Source of the DNA: Eledone cirrhosa
Lineage: Eukaryota
NCBI GenBank assembly: GCA_964016885.1
Contig: OZ024741.1
Span: 40,486,001 to 40,550,000, forward strand
DNA length: 64,000 nucleotides
Reading direction: 5' to 3'
Below are positions 24,542 to 37,881 of the stretch, in pieces (position 1 is the first letter of the stretch; every line of letters begins with the position of its first letter). The position numbers and the translations under genes were made by a program. The notes under the pieces were generated by a model. The model was not told where the DNA came from and searched no databases. It saw only the letters and a program-made list of their open reading frames with translations.

Positions 24542-25329
24542 TTAACGGAAATATAAGCTTATTATGTATGTCAACAAGGAAGTTTCGCGCTATATGTCCT
24601 GAAAAACTGTCATGGACGCTGTTCTTCCTCTAACTAAATCTTTATAAATAACTTAAAGTAAGGTTTCGGAAACAATCGACTGAGCCTTCACGTAAAATGT
24701 TTGCCTTAACATCTAAGTTAAAAATCAATATTAAAGCATTGAGCAATTCTTTATATGATGTATAGCCGCTTAATCCGGAAAATCTACTGTTTATGGTTAA
24801 TCGGATGACTATCATTTGCCTTTTCTACAAATAGTCTACGTCACTTACTCTTATTTTTTATTTATCAATGTTTGTTAAGGTATAAAATATATAGTACATT
24901 TTATCTTTCCCTCTATTTAATTAGGTATTTTTATGGATTGTTTGTTGATGTTTTTTTCCCCTTTTTAGACTAAAGTTCTATTATTATTTTTTTATTATTA
25001 TTTGTCTTTTCAGCGATTATTTTCCGTTTATAGTGTCGCTGTTTTTGCACCTAGTATAATCTGTGTTTATATTGGCACATGAGATTATCAGCGAATCTCT
25101 TTATCCGTTCTCAAATACTTTTATTATTCTCTAGAATGTTCTCTTTTACCATCGAAACAAGAATCTCTTAATTTTTTATATTATTTATTACTACTGTATA
25201 ACCTTGGCGTTGTTCTGTTTTGTTTTCTCATTTTTCTATTGTATGTGGAGACTTATAAAATATTGTTGTACTTTTATTTTAAACTTTATATGTTGTTGCT
25301 TTATCTTTTCTTTAGTAGAAAACAATATG

Positions 25330-25710
<381 letters not shown>

Positions 25711-25924
25711 TGTATAATGTATTCTATTTGCGTCCGATGCTTTTCAATTTGTTGTTTTTATATATTTATCTAAATCAATTCCATCTTGTGTTATTATACA
25801 ATTTATGGAATTAATTCATTAATTAGTTGAATCATTAATAATTAAGTTTATATTATACATACATCAGAAGAAACAGCAACACTAAAATGTAACAGTAACT
25901 TAATAATCATTTGTTTATGTAACA

Positions 25925-26080
25925 AATAATTGTTTCTACGTTTGGCACAAGGCCAGCAATTATCCCAGTGCATTACTGGTACTTTATTTTATCGACCCCG
26001 TAAGGATGAAAAGCAAAGTTAACCTCGGTGGGATTTGATCTCAGAACGTAAAAGGCCATAACTATGCTGCAAAGCATGGT
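25925..26080 (-). mobile_element. tRNA-derived SINE (main family), 5'-truncated
   Basis: Reverse complement of core GCCTTTCATCCTTACGGGGTCGATAAAATAAAGTACCAG and tail GGCCTTGTGCCAAA.GTAGAAACAATTATT. Confidence 0.85.
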
Positions 26081-26310
26081 GGTACATGATAATTGTGGCG
26101 TGTTTGGTTAGCTAGATTGTCTGTGTGAATGTAGTATCTAAAAGTAGTGAATTCTACTAACTTTGATTGATGGGTGTACATGACCAGAACAGCCAGTCAT
26201 ATAGGTCAGAACTGCCTGGTCAGCTTGGAAGCAAGCGAGAGTCTGTCTGGGGTAGAGTGAAGAGGTAGACTGCGCTTTAGGGTGGACATTTATATATATA
26301 TATATATAAT

Positions 26311-26492
26311 AATAATAATTGTTTCTACTTTTGGCACAAGGCCAATAATTGTTTCTACTTTTGGCACAAGGCCGATCTCGTAAGGATGAAAGGCAAAGTT
26401 AACCTCGATGGGATTTGAACTCAGATCATAAAGGACCGTAACTCTATGCTGCAAAGCATGGCGTCCGACCCTCTATACTGCCAATCCACCGT
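26311..26492 (-). mobile_element. tRNA-derived SINE (main family) with duplicated tail
   Basis: B box GTTCAAATCCC on the minus strand; same head and tail as the other copies. Confidence 0.85.
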
Positions 26493-26535
26493 TTAATGTA
26501 TGTAATAAATAATATACATTAAAAACATGGAATTG

Positions 26536-26915
26536 TTCTTCTTTGTCCACTTAATAATTGGAGGGGGGTTGTGGGGAAGAGTCCTTCTCAAACACTCTTC
26601 CCAGTGGGTCATGTCAGAAGTAACCATCTCCAACTGATCCAGCTGGAACCCCAAGCGAGACCAGCCAAGCTCATGGATGTTATCCAACCATCTTGCTCGG
26701 GGTCGAGCCCTGGGTTTCCTATAGGTTGGTTTTGCCTGTAAAATCTGTCCAGCCATACTTTCCTGAAATATTCTAACCACATGCCCATAGTATCTGAGCT
26801 GTGGTCGCTCAATTCGGAGAAGTAGCGGCTCTACTTGGAGTGACTCTCTGATCTCCGAGCTACGCTCTCGAGTAACGTTACTCTATAAACCCTTTGGAGG
26901 AACCCATTTCGAACG
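26536..26915 (-). mobile_element. RTE LINE 3' fragment
   Basis: KPRARPRARWLDNIHELGWSRLG C-terminal motif; similar to 37882-38496 and 42478-43095. Confidence 0.85.
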
Positions 26916-27281
26916 CTTATATTCGTGATCATATTCTTTACGATTACGAATTGTTTACATATTAAATAATTTAAAGAGGTTATTTGCATAAAAAAAACAA
27001 TAGCAATGTCAAGCAAATTGGAGAGCTTTTTCATGTACGAAATAGTAATCAAGTTCCTATCAAATCGCACTCAGGAAGTCTTTTTTAAAAAGGAAACACA
27101 TTAGGATGGTCGGCAAAAAGTTCATAGACTGAAAAGTTCATAGACTCACCAAAATATTCTCATGGAATGACCAAAATAGGTTTATATTTCGACATAGTCT
27201 ATGGAAAGAAACATTGCAGTTATTCATAAGAAGAGTTAAAATTAATGCATGCTAGATTTCACAGCTCTATCTTTATATATA

Positions 27282-27354
<73 letters not shown>

Positions 27355-27604
27355 GAGAGGTATAGAGATTGTTTTAGCAAGAAGCTAACGGCATTCTATA
27401 ACATATATGCGACTATAACGTCAAGATGGGAAAAGTAGTTAACGAAAGATTTAGGAAAAATAACTCAAACTCATCTCAAAAGAGAATCAGGATATAAATT
27501 CATCCACAGAATTTAGTAAAATCCAGGGAAAAATCTATAGACCTTTAACTCATGATAAAATAAAGTTTGAAACACTTATCCTTCAATTTGGAATAACATC
27601 AAAT

Positions 27605-27685
27605 GCTCTGTATAGTCTTAAAAGACTATTTCATGAAAACTTTCAGTGGAGATGGTCACGGTTGGATTCCATTCATCAGCAGAGC
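27605..27685 (-). ncRNA. Type I hammerhead ribozyme, copy 1
   Basis: Minus strand: GCTCTG-CTGATGA-ATGGAA...TTTCAT-GAAA-TAGTC TTTTAA GACTA-TA-CAGAGC; stems I, II and III all pair; AUA cleavage triplet. Confidence 0.88.
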
Positions 27686-28235
27686 TCAACAGAAACCAGG
27701 GCTCTCACAGTAATATAATCGAAAAAGGGAATTCTAAAACTGGCTAGTTCGCCTTCATGTGTATTTATGAAAAAGCACATGAGGAAAAAACGGGGCTAGT
27801 GACGTCAGGATGGAAGTGAATGTTTATTTACAAGAAATAGCAGTCAAATACATTCTGAAAAAAAACTCTACAAAAGGAGTTCAGCAAAAATAGCAATAAT
27901 TATCACAGTTTTTATGAAAAAAAAACGGGATTAGTCACAGATAGTTTAAGCACTCTAGGAAAAGAATCCGAGTATAAATATAAATGAGAGGTATAGAGAT
28001 TGTTTTAGCAAGAAGCTAACGGCATTCTATAACATATATGCGACTATAACGTCAAGATGGGAAAAGTAGTTAACGAAAGATTTAGGAAAAATAACTCAAA
28101 CTCATCTCAAAAGAGAATCAGGATATAAATTCATCCACAGAATTTAGTAAAATCCAGGGAAAAATCTATAGACCTTTAACTCATGATAAAATAAAGTTTG
28201 AAACACTTATCCTTCAATTTGGAATAACATCAAAT

Positions 28236-28316
28236 GCTCTGTATAGTCTTAAAAGACTATTTCATGAAAACTTTCAGTGGAGATGGTCACGGTTGGATTT
28301 CATTCATCAGCAGAGC
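28236..28316 (-). ncRNA. Type I hammerhead ribozyme, copy 2
   Basis: As copy 1, but stem II is ATGAAA/TTTCAT (fully Watson-Crick). Confidence 0.88.
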
Positions 28317-28533
28317 TCAACAGAAACCAGGGCTCTCACAGTAATATAATCCGAAAAAGGGAAATATATTTATATATATATAAAATATTTTATCTTGACT
28401 CTGTATTCCGTTTATCTTTCACCGAAAGTGATTTTTCATTGCATCTCTTCTTTCCATGATATCCGGATTACATTGAGTTCTTCATACGGATTGGACACTA
28501 CCGTAAACTCTTGGTAGATTTATCTACATAATT

Positions 28534-28620
<87 letters not shown>

Positions 28621-28625
<5 letters not shown>

Positions 28626-28806
28626 AGCCAGTAAGACCCCGACGGCTGAGCTCAAGCCGTTTCGACGGCTAATTCGAATTAGCCGTCGAAACGGCTTGAG
28701 CTCAGCCGTCGGGGTCTTACTGGCTCCTATTACCCACTCTACTACCCCAAGTATTGAGTACTTTGGTGCGTTATGGTCCACCTGGTTCCTTACCACATTT
28801 CCTTCG

Positions 28807-28810
<4 letters not shown>
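28621..28810 (+). mobile_element. Fold-back plus tail element (family B), copy 1
   Basis: Perfect 110-bp palindrome 28621-28730, then 80-bp unique tail; (TA)n on both sides. Confidence 0.85.
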
Positions 28811-28844
<34 letters not shown>

Positions 28845-29007
28845 GTAGAACACTGGAAGGTAATATCCGTAGTGGTAGAGCACTCAGTCCATGGGACGAG
28901 TTTGGTAGAAGTAGTTCCATGACAGTTAGTTCACAATACCGAGAATGTTTCACCAAATGTTTGACCTTATGCGGATATTCAGCTTGGTCTGAAACGTATG
29001 TATATAT

Positions 29008-29127
29008 GAAGGCATGTGGCTGAGTGGTTAGTGAATTGGATTTGCAATCGTGAGGTTGTGAGTTCAAAACCCGGACCGAGCGATGCGTTATGTCCTTGAG
29101 CAAGACACTTTATTTCACGTTGCTCCT
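29008..29127 (+). mobile_element. tRNA-derived SINE head (second family), truncated
   Basis: A box TGGCTGAGTGG, B box GTTCAAAAC, then TGTCCTTGAGCAAGACACTT central domain. Confidence 0.75.
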
Positions 29128-30126
29128 TCTACTGGAGTTGCGACCGATAGATAGTATTAGCAATTGGAAAGACAATGGAAACATTGTTTCCTCGGTCCGA
29201 TTTGACGAAAGGCAATCGTTCCTATATACATATACATATATATATATATAAAATCGCCTTATGAGCAGAATAATATTAGACGCCAACCAGACAAAATACT
29301 GGCTATTCCTCCTGTAGATTTCTGGTCGAATACATAGCAGTGAAACCCCGTGGCAGCCTGGCTTCCCTTATTTCCTCCATGTTTAGTGTTCTCGAGATAA
29401 AGACTGTCCACAACGACTTACTTCGAGAGGTGACGTCTTCTTTTCAGCTCATAGCTCTCGTCATTTTCAGCTCTCGTAATACGCTGCCGCGTATGTGTAT
29501 ATGCATGTGTGTGGGTGTATATGCATCGGCATACATTTGTATGAGTGTATAAATATAAACGCACAAACGCGAACACACTTACAAAAATATACACTCACAG
29601 ACATACATCCACACAAATACATTGACACAAACACACATCGTTGTAAATGGAACTCCAGCCGCTGTTTTGCTATAGTTTTTTCACAGTTCTCTTCCTTCAT
29701 TTTACATACACATACATTCACACAAGCACACACACACACACACTCATTGTGTGACGGACGGACGGAAGTTGCTCACATTTATATATAGATAACACATTCG
29801 CTAATTTATACGCTGGAGTCATGGAACATATGCAAATGTTATCCTTTGTTTATTGTATTCACAAAATCAAATCAAAATATAAAACAGTTTTGGTATAAAA
29901 CTACAGCTTGACTATATAAATATATATATATTTAAATAAACAAATAATGTCTCCGCACACACATTTACACATACATAGACACATATATACATGTGTATGT
30001 GTGTAAGTATATAAATATATAGAGAGAGAGACATACGTACACACATGCTTACTTACATACATACAAACAAACATACATACACACATACACTTACATACAT
30101 ACCACATATACACATACATACATATA

Positions 30127-30735
30127 TGATGGCTGCCAACTCGTTTTCGAGTACGGCCACTACTTTATATCCATGTAGGAGAACCCCTACCGATGTGCTG
30201 AACAAGTATGACTTTTTAGTCCAGCCAGCGACTTGAAAACTCTGGTACAAACACTACACTTGTGACAATTATTGACACATAGTGCTGGGCCCATGGTACC
30301 ATGTGATGACAAGTGCAGAGAGATCTCCAGATATAAAGCAATGCCTGTGTCGTGAAGCTTTTATAGTGAGCAAAGGCACTGCACAAAGCCAGTCCCACTC
30401 TCTTAACCAAGATGATATTTACCAAAAAGAAGAACAAGTCAACATCATTGGATACCATCAGGGTTGCAGGTGTTATATCAGAGTTTTCCTTCTCCTAGAA
30501 TTCTGCCTTGACAAAGGCTAAGGGGTCATCTCTCCCGGTGATTTTGGATGGCCATTGACTCTTAAGAGCTCCTTTGCCCTTTGACAAGTTTTGTTTTTAG
30601 TCCTGCAGGATGTCCAAATTCACCCTCCTCACCAGGAAACCTTGGTGGGGTTGCCAGTTTAGTCGCCAACGACCCGACCATGAGACAGGTTGTACTGGGA
30701 TACATGTTACCAGTAGAACCAACTGGTGACCTGAC
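30127..30735 (-). mobile_element. Non-autonomous ~610-bp repeat (family A), probably RTE-dependent
   Basis: Near-identical to 30757-31360, 57250-57704 and 59264-59851; contains CTAGGAGAAGGAAAACTCTGA; microsatellite flanks; orientation inferred. Confidence 0.8.
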
Positions 30736-30756
30736 ATACATATATACAAACATATA

Positions 30757-31360
30757 TGGTGGCTGCCAACTCGTTTTCGAGTACGGCCACTACTTTATAT
30801 CCATGTAGGAGAACCCCTACCGATGCGCTGAACGAGTGTGACTTTTTAGTCCAGTCAGCGACTTGAAAACTCTGGTACAAACACTACACTTGTGACAATT
30901 ATTGACACATAGTGCTGGGCCCATGGTACCATGTGACGGCAAGTGCAGAGAGATCTCCAGATATAAAGCAATGCCTGTGCCGTGAAGCTTTTATAGTGAG
31001 CAAAGGCACTGCACAAAGCCAGTCCCACTCTCTTAACCAAGATGATATTTACCAAAAAGAAGAACAAGTCAACATCATTGGATACCATCAGGGTTGCAGG
31101 TGTTATATCAGAGTTTTCCTTCTAGAATTCTGCCTTGACAAAGGCTAAGGGGTCATCTCTCCCAGTGATTTTGGATGGCCATTGACTCTTAAGAGCTCCT
31201 TTGCCCTTTGACAGGTTTTGTTTTTAGTCCTGCAGGATGTCCAGTCACCCTCCTCACCAAGAAACCTTAGTGGGGTTGCCAGTTTAGTCGCCAACGACCC
31301 GACCATGAGACAGGTTGTACTGGGATACATGTTACCAGTAGCACCAAGTGGTGACCTGAC
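30757..31360 (-). mobile_element. Family A, second unit of a head-to-tail dimer
   Basis: Direct repeat of 30127-30735 at 630-bp offset. Confidence 0.8.
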
Positions 31361-31369
31361 ATAATATAT

Positions 31370-31400
<31 letters not shown>

Positions 31401-31614
31401 TTCATACATACATACATACATACGTACATACATACATACATACATACATACATACATACATACATACATACATACATACGTACATACATACATATATACA
31501 TACATACGTACGTACATACACATATATATATATATACATACATAGATACATAAAAATATACATACATATATACATACATATGTACATACATACATGCATG
31601 CATACATACATACA

Positions 31615-31648
<34 letters not shown>

Positions 31649-32005
31649 CATATGTTTGTATGTGTACGCTCTTACATACACACACATACGCACGCATACA
31701 CACATGCACACATGCATACACACACATACTCCCACATATACATCTATTTATATATGTGCGTGTGTGTGTGTGTATGTGTGTGTCTGTGTGTATGTGTGTA
31801 TGTGTATGTGTGTGTGTGTGTGTCTGTGTGTGTGTGTGTCTGTATGTGTCTGTGTGTGTGCCTGTGTGTGTGTGTCTGTGTGTGTGCGTGTCTGTGTGCG
31901 TGTGTATGTGTGTATATGTGTGTGTGTGTCTGTGTGTGTGTGTATGTGTGCGTATATGTGTGTGCGTGTGTGTTTGTGTGTGTGTCTGTAAGTGTACACA
32001 CATAC
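31361..32005. repeat. (TACA)n/(TG)n compound microsatellite
   Basis: Direct reading. Confidence 0.95.
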
Positions 32006-32259
32006 AGTCATTTATCACACGAAATAACGTGTGTCTTCGAACGAAATAAAAATCCAATTTTCTATTCTGACCAGAAGAGCTTAGGTGAATATTTGAGTGG
32101 AAAAAGTGATGTTGAATTTAATATTTTCACTGATCCTCTCTAATGAATCTATTAGTGGAATGCCATGACATCCACTTCCACAGAAACAAAGGAATCGCAG
32201 AAACTAATATTATTCAAAGACAATAAAAAAGTAGCAGTTTAAAAATAAGGAGATAAAAC

Positions 32260-32427
32260 AACACACACACGTACATACACACACACGTACATACACACAC
32301 ACGTACATACACACACGTACATACAGACACGTACATACACACACACGTACATACACACACGTACATACACACACACGTACATACACACACTCGTACATGC
32401 ACATACAAACATATATGTGTGTATATA

Positions 32428-32486
<59 letters not shown>

Positions 32487-32564
32487 GTATGTGTGTGTGT
32501 GTGTTTATGTGTATGTATAAACGTGTGAATTTGTGTACATATATATGTGTATATATATATATAA

Positions 32565-32629
<65 letters not shown>

Positions 32630-32710
32630 AGAAAGAGTGTGTGTATGTATGTGAATATATATATATGTGTACGTATATATACGCGCATACTTACATACAT
32701 TCATGCATAC
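32260..32710. repeat. ACACACGTACATAC minisatellite plus (TA)n/(TG)n
   Basis: Direct reading. Confidence 0.9.
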
Positions 32711-32979
32711 AGATATGCAGCCAGCCAAACAGACATAATTACACTCACGTACAAATTAAAGATAGAAATAAATAAACAGAGGCTAGAAGAAACAATAGTA
32801 ACAACAAACAATAACAACATGGTGACTATTCAGTGATATTGCAAAGAATGAAGGCGTCTCTAGTTAACAGACGTTTTGGTCGTCTGCATAGATTTAATGG
32901 CGGTGATGAACGGAGGAGGAGGCTTGTTTCTCTGTACTTGGTTTATTTTTACTTAGTAATTTGTTTCGTCTTTTAATCA

Positions 32980-33155
32980 GTATCGGTGGAGGGTCGGACG
33001 CCATGCTTTCCAGCATAGAGTTATGGCCATTTACGTTCTGAGTTCAAATCCCGCCGAGGCTAACTTTGCCTTTCATCCTTACGTGGTCGATAATATAAAG
33101 TACCAGTAATGCACTGAGGTGATTGCTGGCCTTGTGCCAAAAGTAGAAACATTAT
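32980..33155 (+). mobile_element. tRNA-derived SINE (main family)
   Basis: Head with GTTCAAATCCCGCC, central domain and tail. Confidence 0.85.
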
Positions 33156-33199
33156 TTCTTTTTTTTGTATACTAGACCGCCATTTTTTCGTTCTTGCTA

Positions 33200-33333
33200 T
33201 TGTTGTCGTGGTGGTGGTGGTGGTGGTGGTGGTGGTGGTGGTGGTAGAGGTGGTAGTGGTGGTGTTTGTGGTTGTGGTAGAGGTGGTAGTGGTGGTTTTG
33301 GTAGTGATAGTGGTGGGGGCGTTGTTGTTGTTG

Positions 33334-33365
<32 letters not shown>

Positions 33366-35312
33366 GGTGGTGGTGGTGGTGGTGGTTGAGGTTTTGGTGG
33401 TGATGGTGGTGGTGGTGCCGCTGGTGCCGCTGGTGTCGCTGGTGCTGCTGGTGCTGTTGGTGGTGATGGTGCTGGTTGTGATGGTGGTGGTGTTGGTGGT
33501 AGTGGTGGTGGTGGTGGATGGTGTTGGTTGTGGTTGTGGTTGAGGGGAGAGGATGATAGTGTTGCTGGTTGTGGTTGTAGTGGTGGTGGTGGTGGTGCTG
33601 ATGGTGGTGGTGGATGGTGTTGGTTAAGGTTGAGGGGGAGAGGATGACAGTGTTGTTGGCTGAGGTTGTGGTGGTGGTAGTGATGAGGTTATTGTTGTTG
33701 TGGTGGTGGGAGGTGTTGTGGTGGTGGTAGTACCGGTTGTGTTGGTGGTGATAGTTGTCGGTGTTGGCTGTGGCTGTGGTGGTGGTTGTGGTGGTGGTTG
33801 TGGTGGTGCTGCTGCTGTTGGTAGTGCTGGATGTGTTGGTGGTGGTGGTGATGATGGTGGTGATGGTGGTGATGGTGGTGGTGGGTTGTGGGAGTGGTGG
33901 TGATGGCGGTGGTGGGCTGTGCGAGTGGTGGTGATTGGTGGTGGTTGTGGTGGTGTTGATGGTGATTGGTGCTGATGGTGATTGGTGCTGCTGGTGGTGT
34001 TGGTGGTGATGATGGTGGTGATGGTGGTGATGGTGGTGGTGGGTTGTGGGAGTGGTGGTGATGGTGGTGATGGCGGTGGTGGGATGTGCGAGTGGTGGTG
34101 ATTGGTGGTGGTTGTGGTGGTGGTGATTGTGATTGGTGCTGGTGGTGATTGGTGCTGCTGGTGGTGATGGTGGTGATGGGCTGTGCGAGTGGTGGTGATT
34201 GGTGGTGGTTGTGGTGGTGCTGGTGGTGTTGGTGGTGATGAAGGTGGTGATGGTGGTGATGGTGGTGGTGGGTTGTGGGAGTGGTGGTGATGGTGGTGAT
34301 GGTGGTGATGGCGGTGGTGGGATGTGCGAGTGGTGGTGATTGGTGGTGGTTGTGGTGGTGGTGATTGTGATTGGTGCTGGTGGTGATGATGGTGCTGCTG
34401 GTGGTGTTGGTGGTGGTGCTGATGGTGATTGGTGCTGCTGGTGGTGTTGGTGGTGGTGCTGATGGTGATTGGTGCTGCTGGTGGTGTTGGTGGTGGTGCT
34501 GATGGTGATTGGTGCTGCTGGTGGTGTTGGTGGTGGTGCTGATGGTGATTGGTGCTGCTGGTGGTGTTGGTGGTGATGATGGTGGTGATGGTGGTGATGG
34601 TGGTGGTGGGCTGTGCGAGTGGTGGTGATGGTGGTATTGGTGGTGATGGCGGTGGTGGCTGTGCGAGTGGTGCTGCTGGTGGTGTTGGTGGTGGTGGTGA
34701 TGATGGTGGTGATGGTGGTGATGGTGGTGGTGGGTTGGGGAGTGGTGGTGATTGGTGGTGCTGATGGTGATTGGTGCTGCTGGTGGTGTTGGTGGTGGTG
34801 GTGATGATGGTGGTGATGGTGGTGATGGTGGTATTGGTGGTGATGGCGGTGGTGGCTGTGCGAGTGGTGCTGCTGGTGGTGTTGGTGGTGGTGGTGATGA
34901 TGGTGGTGATAGTGGTGGTGGGCTGTGCGAGTGGTGGTGATTGGTGGTGCTGATGGTGATTGGTGCTGATGGTGGTGTTGGTGGTGGTGGTGATGGTGGT
35001 GGTGATGGTGGTGATGGTGGTGGTGGGTTGTGGGAGTGGTGGGGAGTGGTGGTGATGGCGGTGGTGATGATGGTGGGGGGTGCTGGTGGTGGTGGTGATG
35101 ATGGTGGTGATGGTGGTGGTGCTGATGTTGATTGGTGCTGCAGGTTGTGGAGGTAGTGATGATGTGGTAGCGGTGGTGGTGGAGGTGGATCATAGTAGTT
35201 GTCACCCTCGTCGTTTTCATGATGATAATAGTGATAAGGCTGAGTATTAGAATTATTGTTATTGTTGTTGTTACCATTATTATTATCGTTGTTGTTGTTG
35301 TTGTTGTTGTTA
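33200..35312. repeat. (GGT)n-derived complex satellite with 42-bp and longer subrepeats
   Basis: Direct reading; recurrent GGCTGTGCGAGT and GATTGGTGCTGCT units. Confidence 0.92.
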
Positions 35313-35721
35313 ATAGAGATATTAGTGATGTTTACTGTCAATTCCATGTATGGTTATTCATGTTATTGTTATTCTTGTATATGTTTCTGTGTGTGTATGT
35401 ATGTGTGTGTGTATGTATGTATGTATGTGTGTGTGTATGCATGTATGTATGTATGTTTTCTCTTTCTCTTAATTTCGAGTATATTTTTTTGACCGGCCAC
35501 CTTCCTGGTGGCAAGGTTGTAAAAGAAAAGAAATTGTCATCCGTATGTATGTATGTATGTATGTATGTATGTATGTATGTATAGTGGAGTAGGTGTATTC
35601 CTGTGTGTACACACACAGATGATTTAATATATTTGAACATATATGTATATACGCATATATATATGCATATATGAACACACAAACTCAAATACACATATAC
35701 ATATAAATGTATATGTGTATT

Positions 35722-35772
<51 letters not shown>

Positions 35773-35934
35773 GTATATATATATATATATATATACATCT
35801 AACGAAATGAAATGGGTACACTATGAATGTATGTATGTGAGTGTGTGTTTATGTGTGAGTGTCTGTGTGTATGTGTGTATGTGTGTATGTGTGTTTGTGT
35901 GTGTTTAAATGTATAACCATATTTCTTTATTTTA

Positions 35935-35996
35935 TATAGAAATGTCTTCTACTGGGCCAGAACTGTTTCATTCATATGAAATCATCAGGCATCTAA
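35935..35996 (-). ncRNA. Degenerate hammerhead ribozyme, same family as 62098-62226
   Basis: Minus strand CTGATGA-TTTC ATAT GAAT-GAAA-CAG...; stems I and III disrupted. Confidence 0.5.
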
Positions 35997-36000
35997 ACAT

Positions 36001-36058
<58 letters not shown>

Positions 36059-36074
36059 ATATATATATATATAT

Positions 36075-36414
36075 ATAGTACCACACCCTTGCCATCCCGG
36101 ACCTGTACACCCCTCCCACCCCCTTTATTTTCCCTTTTTTAAATTCTGCTTTTATTTTTATTTTTCCCTCGTTTTCGTGTTTTTCTTGTTAATTCCCTCC
36201 CTACTACCCTCCCTACTCCCTCTCAGAGTTCTTAATGAAAGACTTATGTCCGAAACGTCGAAACCTCCTCCACTCTCACCAAGCGTGAACCTAATACAAC
36301 TATGTATAATTGACTCCTGCGTTTGTTTGTTCGTCTTTTAGGGTTCTTATATATTTGATATATATTTATCCTTATTGAGCCCTCTCTGGATTTTAGTCTT
36401 CGCATTTATTATTA

Positions 36415-36418
<4 letters not shown>
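36075..36418 (+). mobile_element. PLE-type 3' end remnant with decayed minimal HHR
   Basis: TTAATGA-AAGAC TTAT GTCC-GAAACGTC near 36232-36260; tail 36342-36416 resembles 61929-62002. Confidence 0.5.
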
Positions 36419-37120
<702 letters not shown>

Positions 37121-37681
37121 ATACACACACATACTTACACTCACACATACATAATACATACATACATAAATACATGCATACACACATACACACACGCATA
37201 CACACACATACATACATACATGCACACATACATATATACACACATTACACACATACATACATGCATACATACATACAGACAGACATACATACATACAGAC
37301 AGACATACATACATACAGACATACATGTGTATATGTATGTGTGTGTATACACACACACATATATATACATATATATATATATGTATATATATATGTGAGT
37401 GTGTGTATACACACACATACATACACACATACATATAAACACATATACATATACACATACACACATACACACATACATACATACATATATACAGACAGAA
37501 ACAGACACACAGACAGCCAGACAGATAGACAGACACATCCAGTGTTATTTTCGTATTCATATTTTTATTCAAAGAATCATTAATTATACAACCCTTCCCT
37601 TTTCTTTCTCTCCCTACCCCTTACCACATTCATATATTCTAATTCATTTCGTTGTTATCATTATTATTAAAATAAGGAAAT

Positions 37682-37760
37682 TATTTGGGGTCGATTTAAT
37701 CGACTCCCTCACCCCCTTTAAATTGCTGGCCTTGTGCCTAAACAGAAACAATTATTATTA
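37682..37760 (+). mobile_element. SINE 3' fragment (main family)
   Basis: GGGGTCGATTTAATCGACT...GCTGGCCTTGTGCC...(ATT)n. Confidence 0.75.
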
Positions 37761-37763
37761 TCA

Positions 37764-37800
37764 CTAGCAGAAAAACCGCTCTCGGGCGGTTTTCTGCTGC
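37764..37800 (-). mobile_element. Helitron-like 3' terminus
   Basis: Minus strand hairpin AGCAGAAAACCGC-CCGAGA-GCGGTTTTTCTGCT ending in CTAG|T; a possible matching 5' end (TCTAAACTATAATAAAGG) at 40150 is unproven. Confidence 0.5.
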
Positions 37801-37881
37801 CATGTGTAGTGTGCATATTGGTATTATACGCAAATATATATGCATATAGATATATGTAAATTGAAAAGTAAGTTGACAATA

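Larger units (their letters stand above)
27350..28363 (-). mobile_element. Retrozyme-like non-autonomous element: two ~382-bp direct repeats (27350-27731, 27981-28363) around a 249-bp spacer, in (TA)n
   Basis: Repeats differ by only one substitution and one 1-nt indel that I could see; each contains an intact HHR; no ORF. Confidence 0.8.

Noticed and set aside
28848-29000. Possible host exon (RTLEGNIRSGRALSPWDEF...) ending at GTATGT
   Set aside because: No pyrimidine tract at the acceptor, no recognisable homology and no partner exons
30216-30521. Recurrent 79-80 aa ORFs (MVSNDVDL..., MLGPWYHV...) as a small gene family
   Set aside because: They recur only because family A copies are near-identical; they overlap on opposite strands and show no recognisable domain
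30600-30735. HDV-like or twister ribozyme at the family A end
   Set aside because: Partial pairings exist (GTCAGGT/ACCTGTC, a CTAA after a hairpin, GAGGAGGG), but I could not thread P2/P1.1 or the twister pseudoknots; left as an unassigned structure
33172-35347. His/Gly/Thr/Pro-rich ORFs (also 1983-2474, 42879-44019 and 60130-61392) as cephalopod beak or cuticle-type proteins
   Set aside because: They are translations of (GGT)n/(ACC)n tracts open in most frames, with no signal peptide, splice structure or preferred frame
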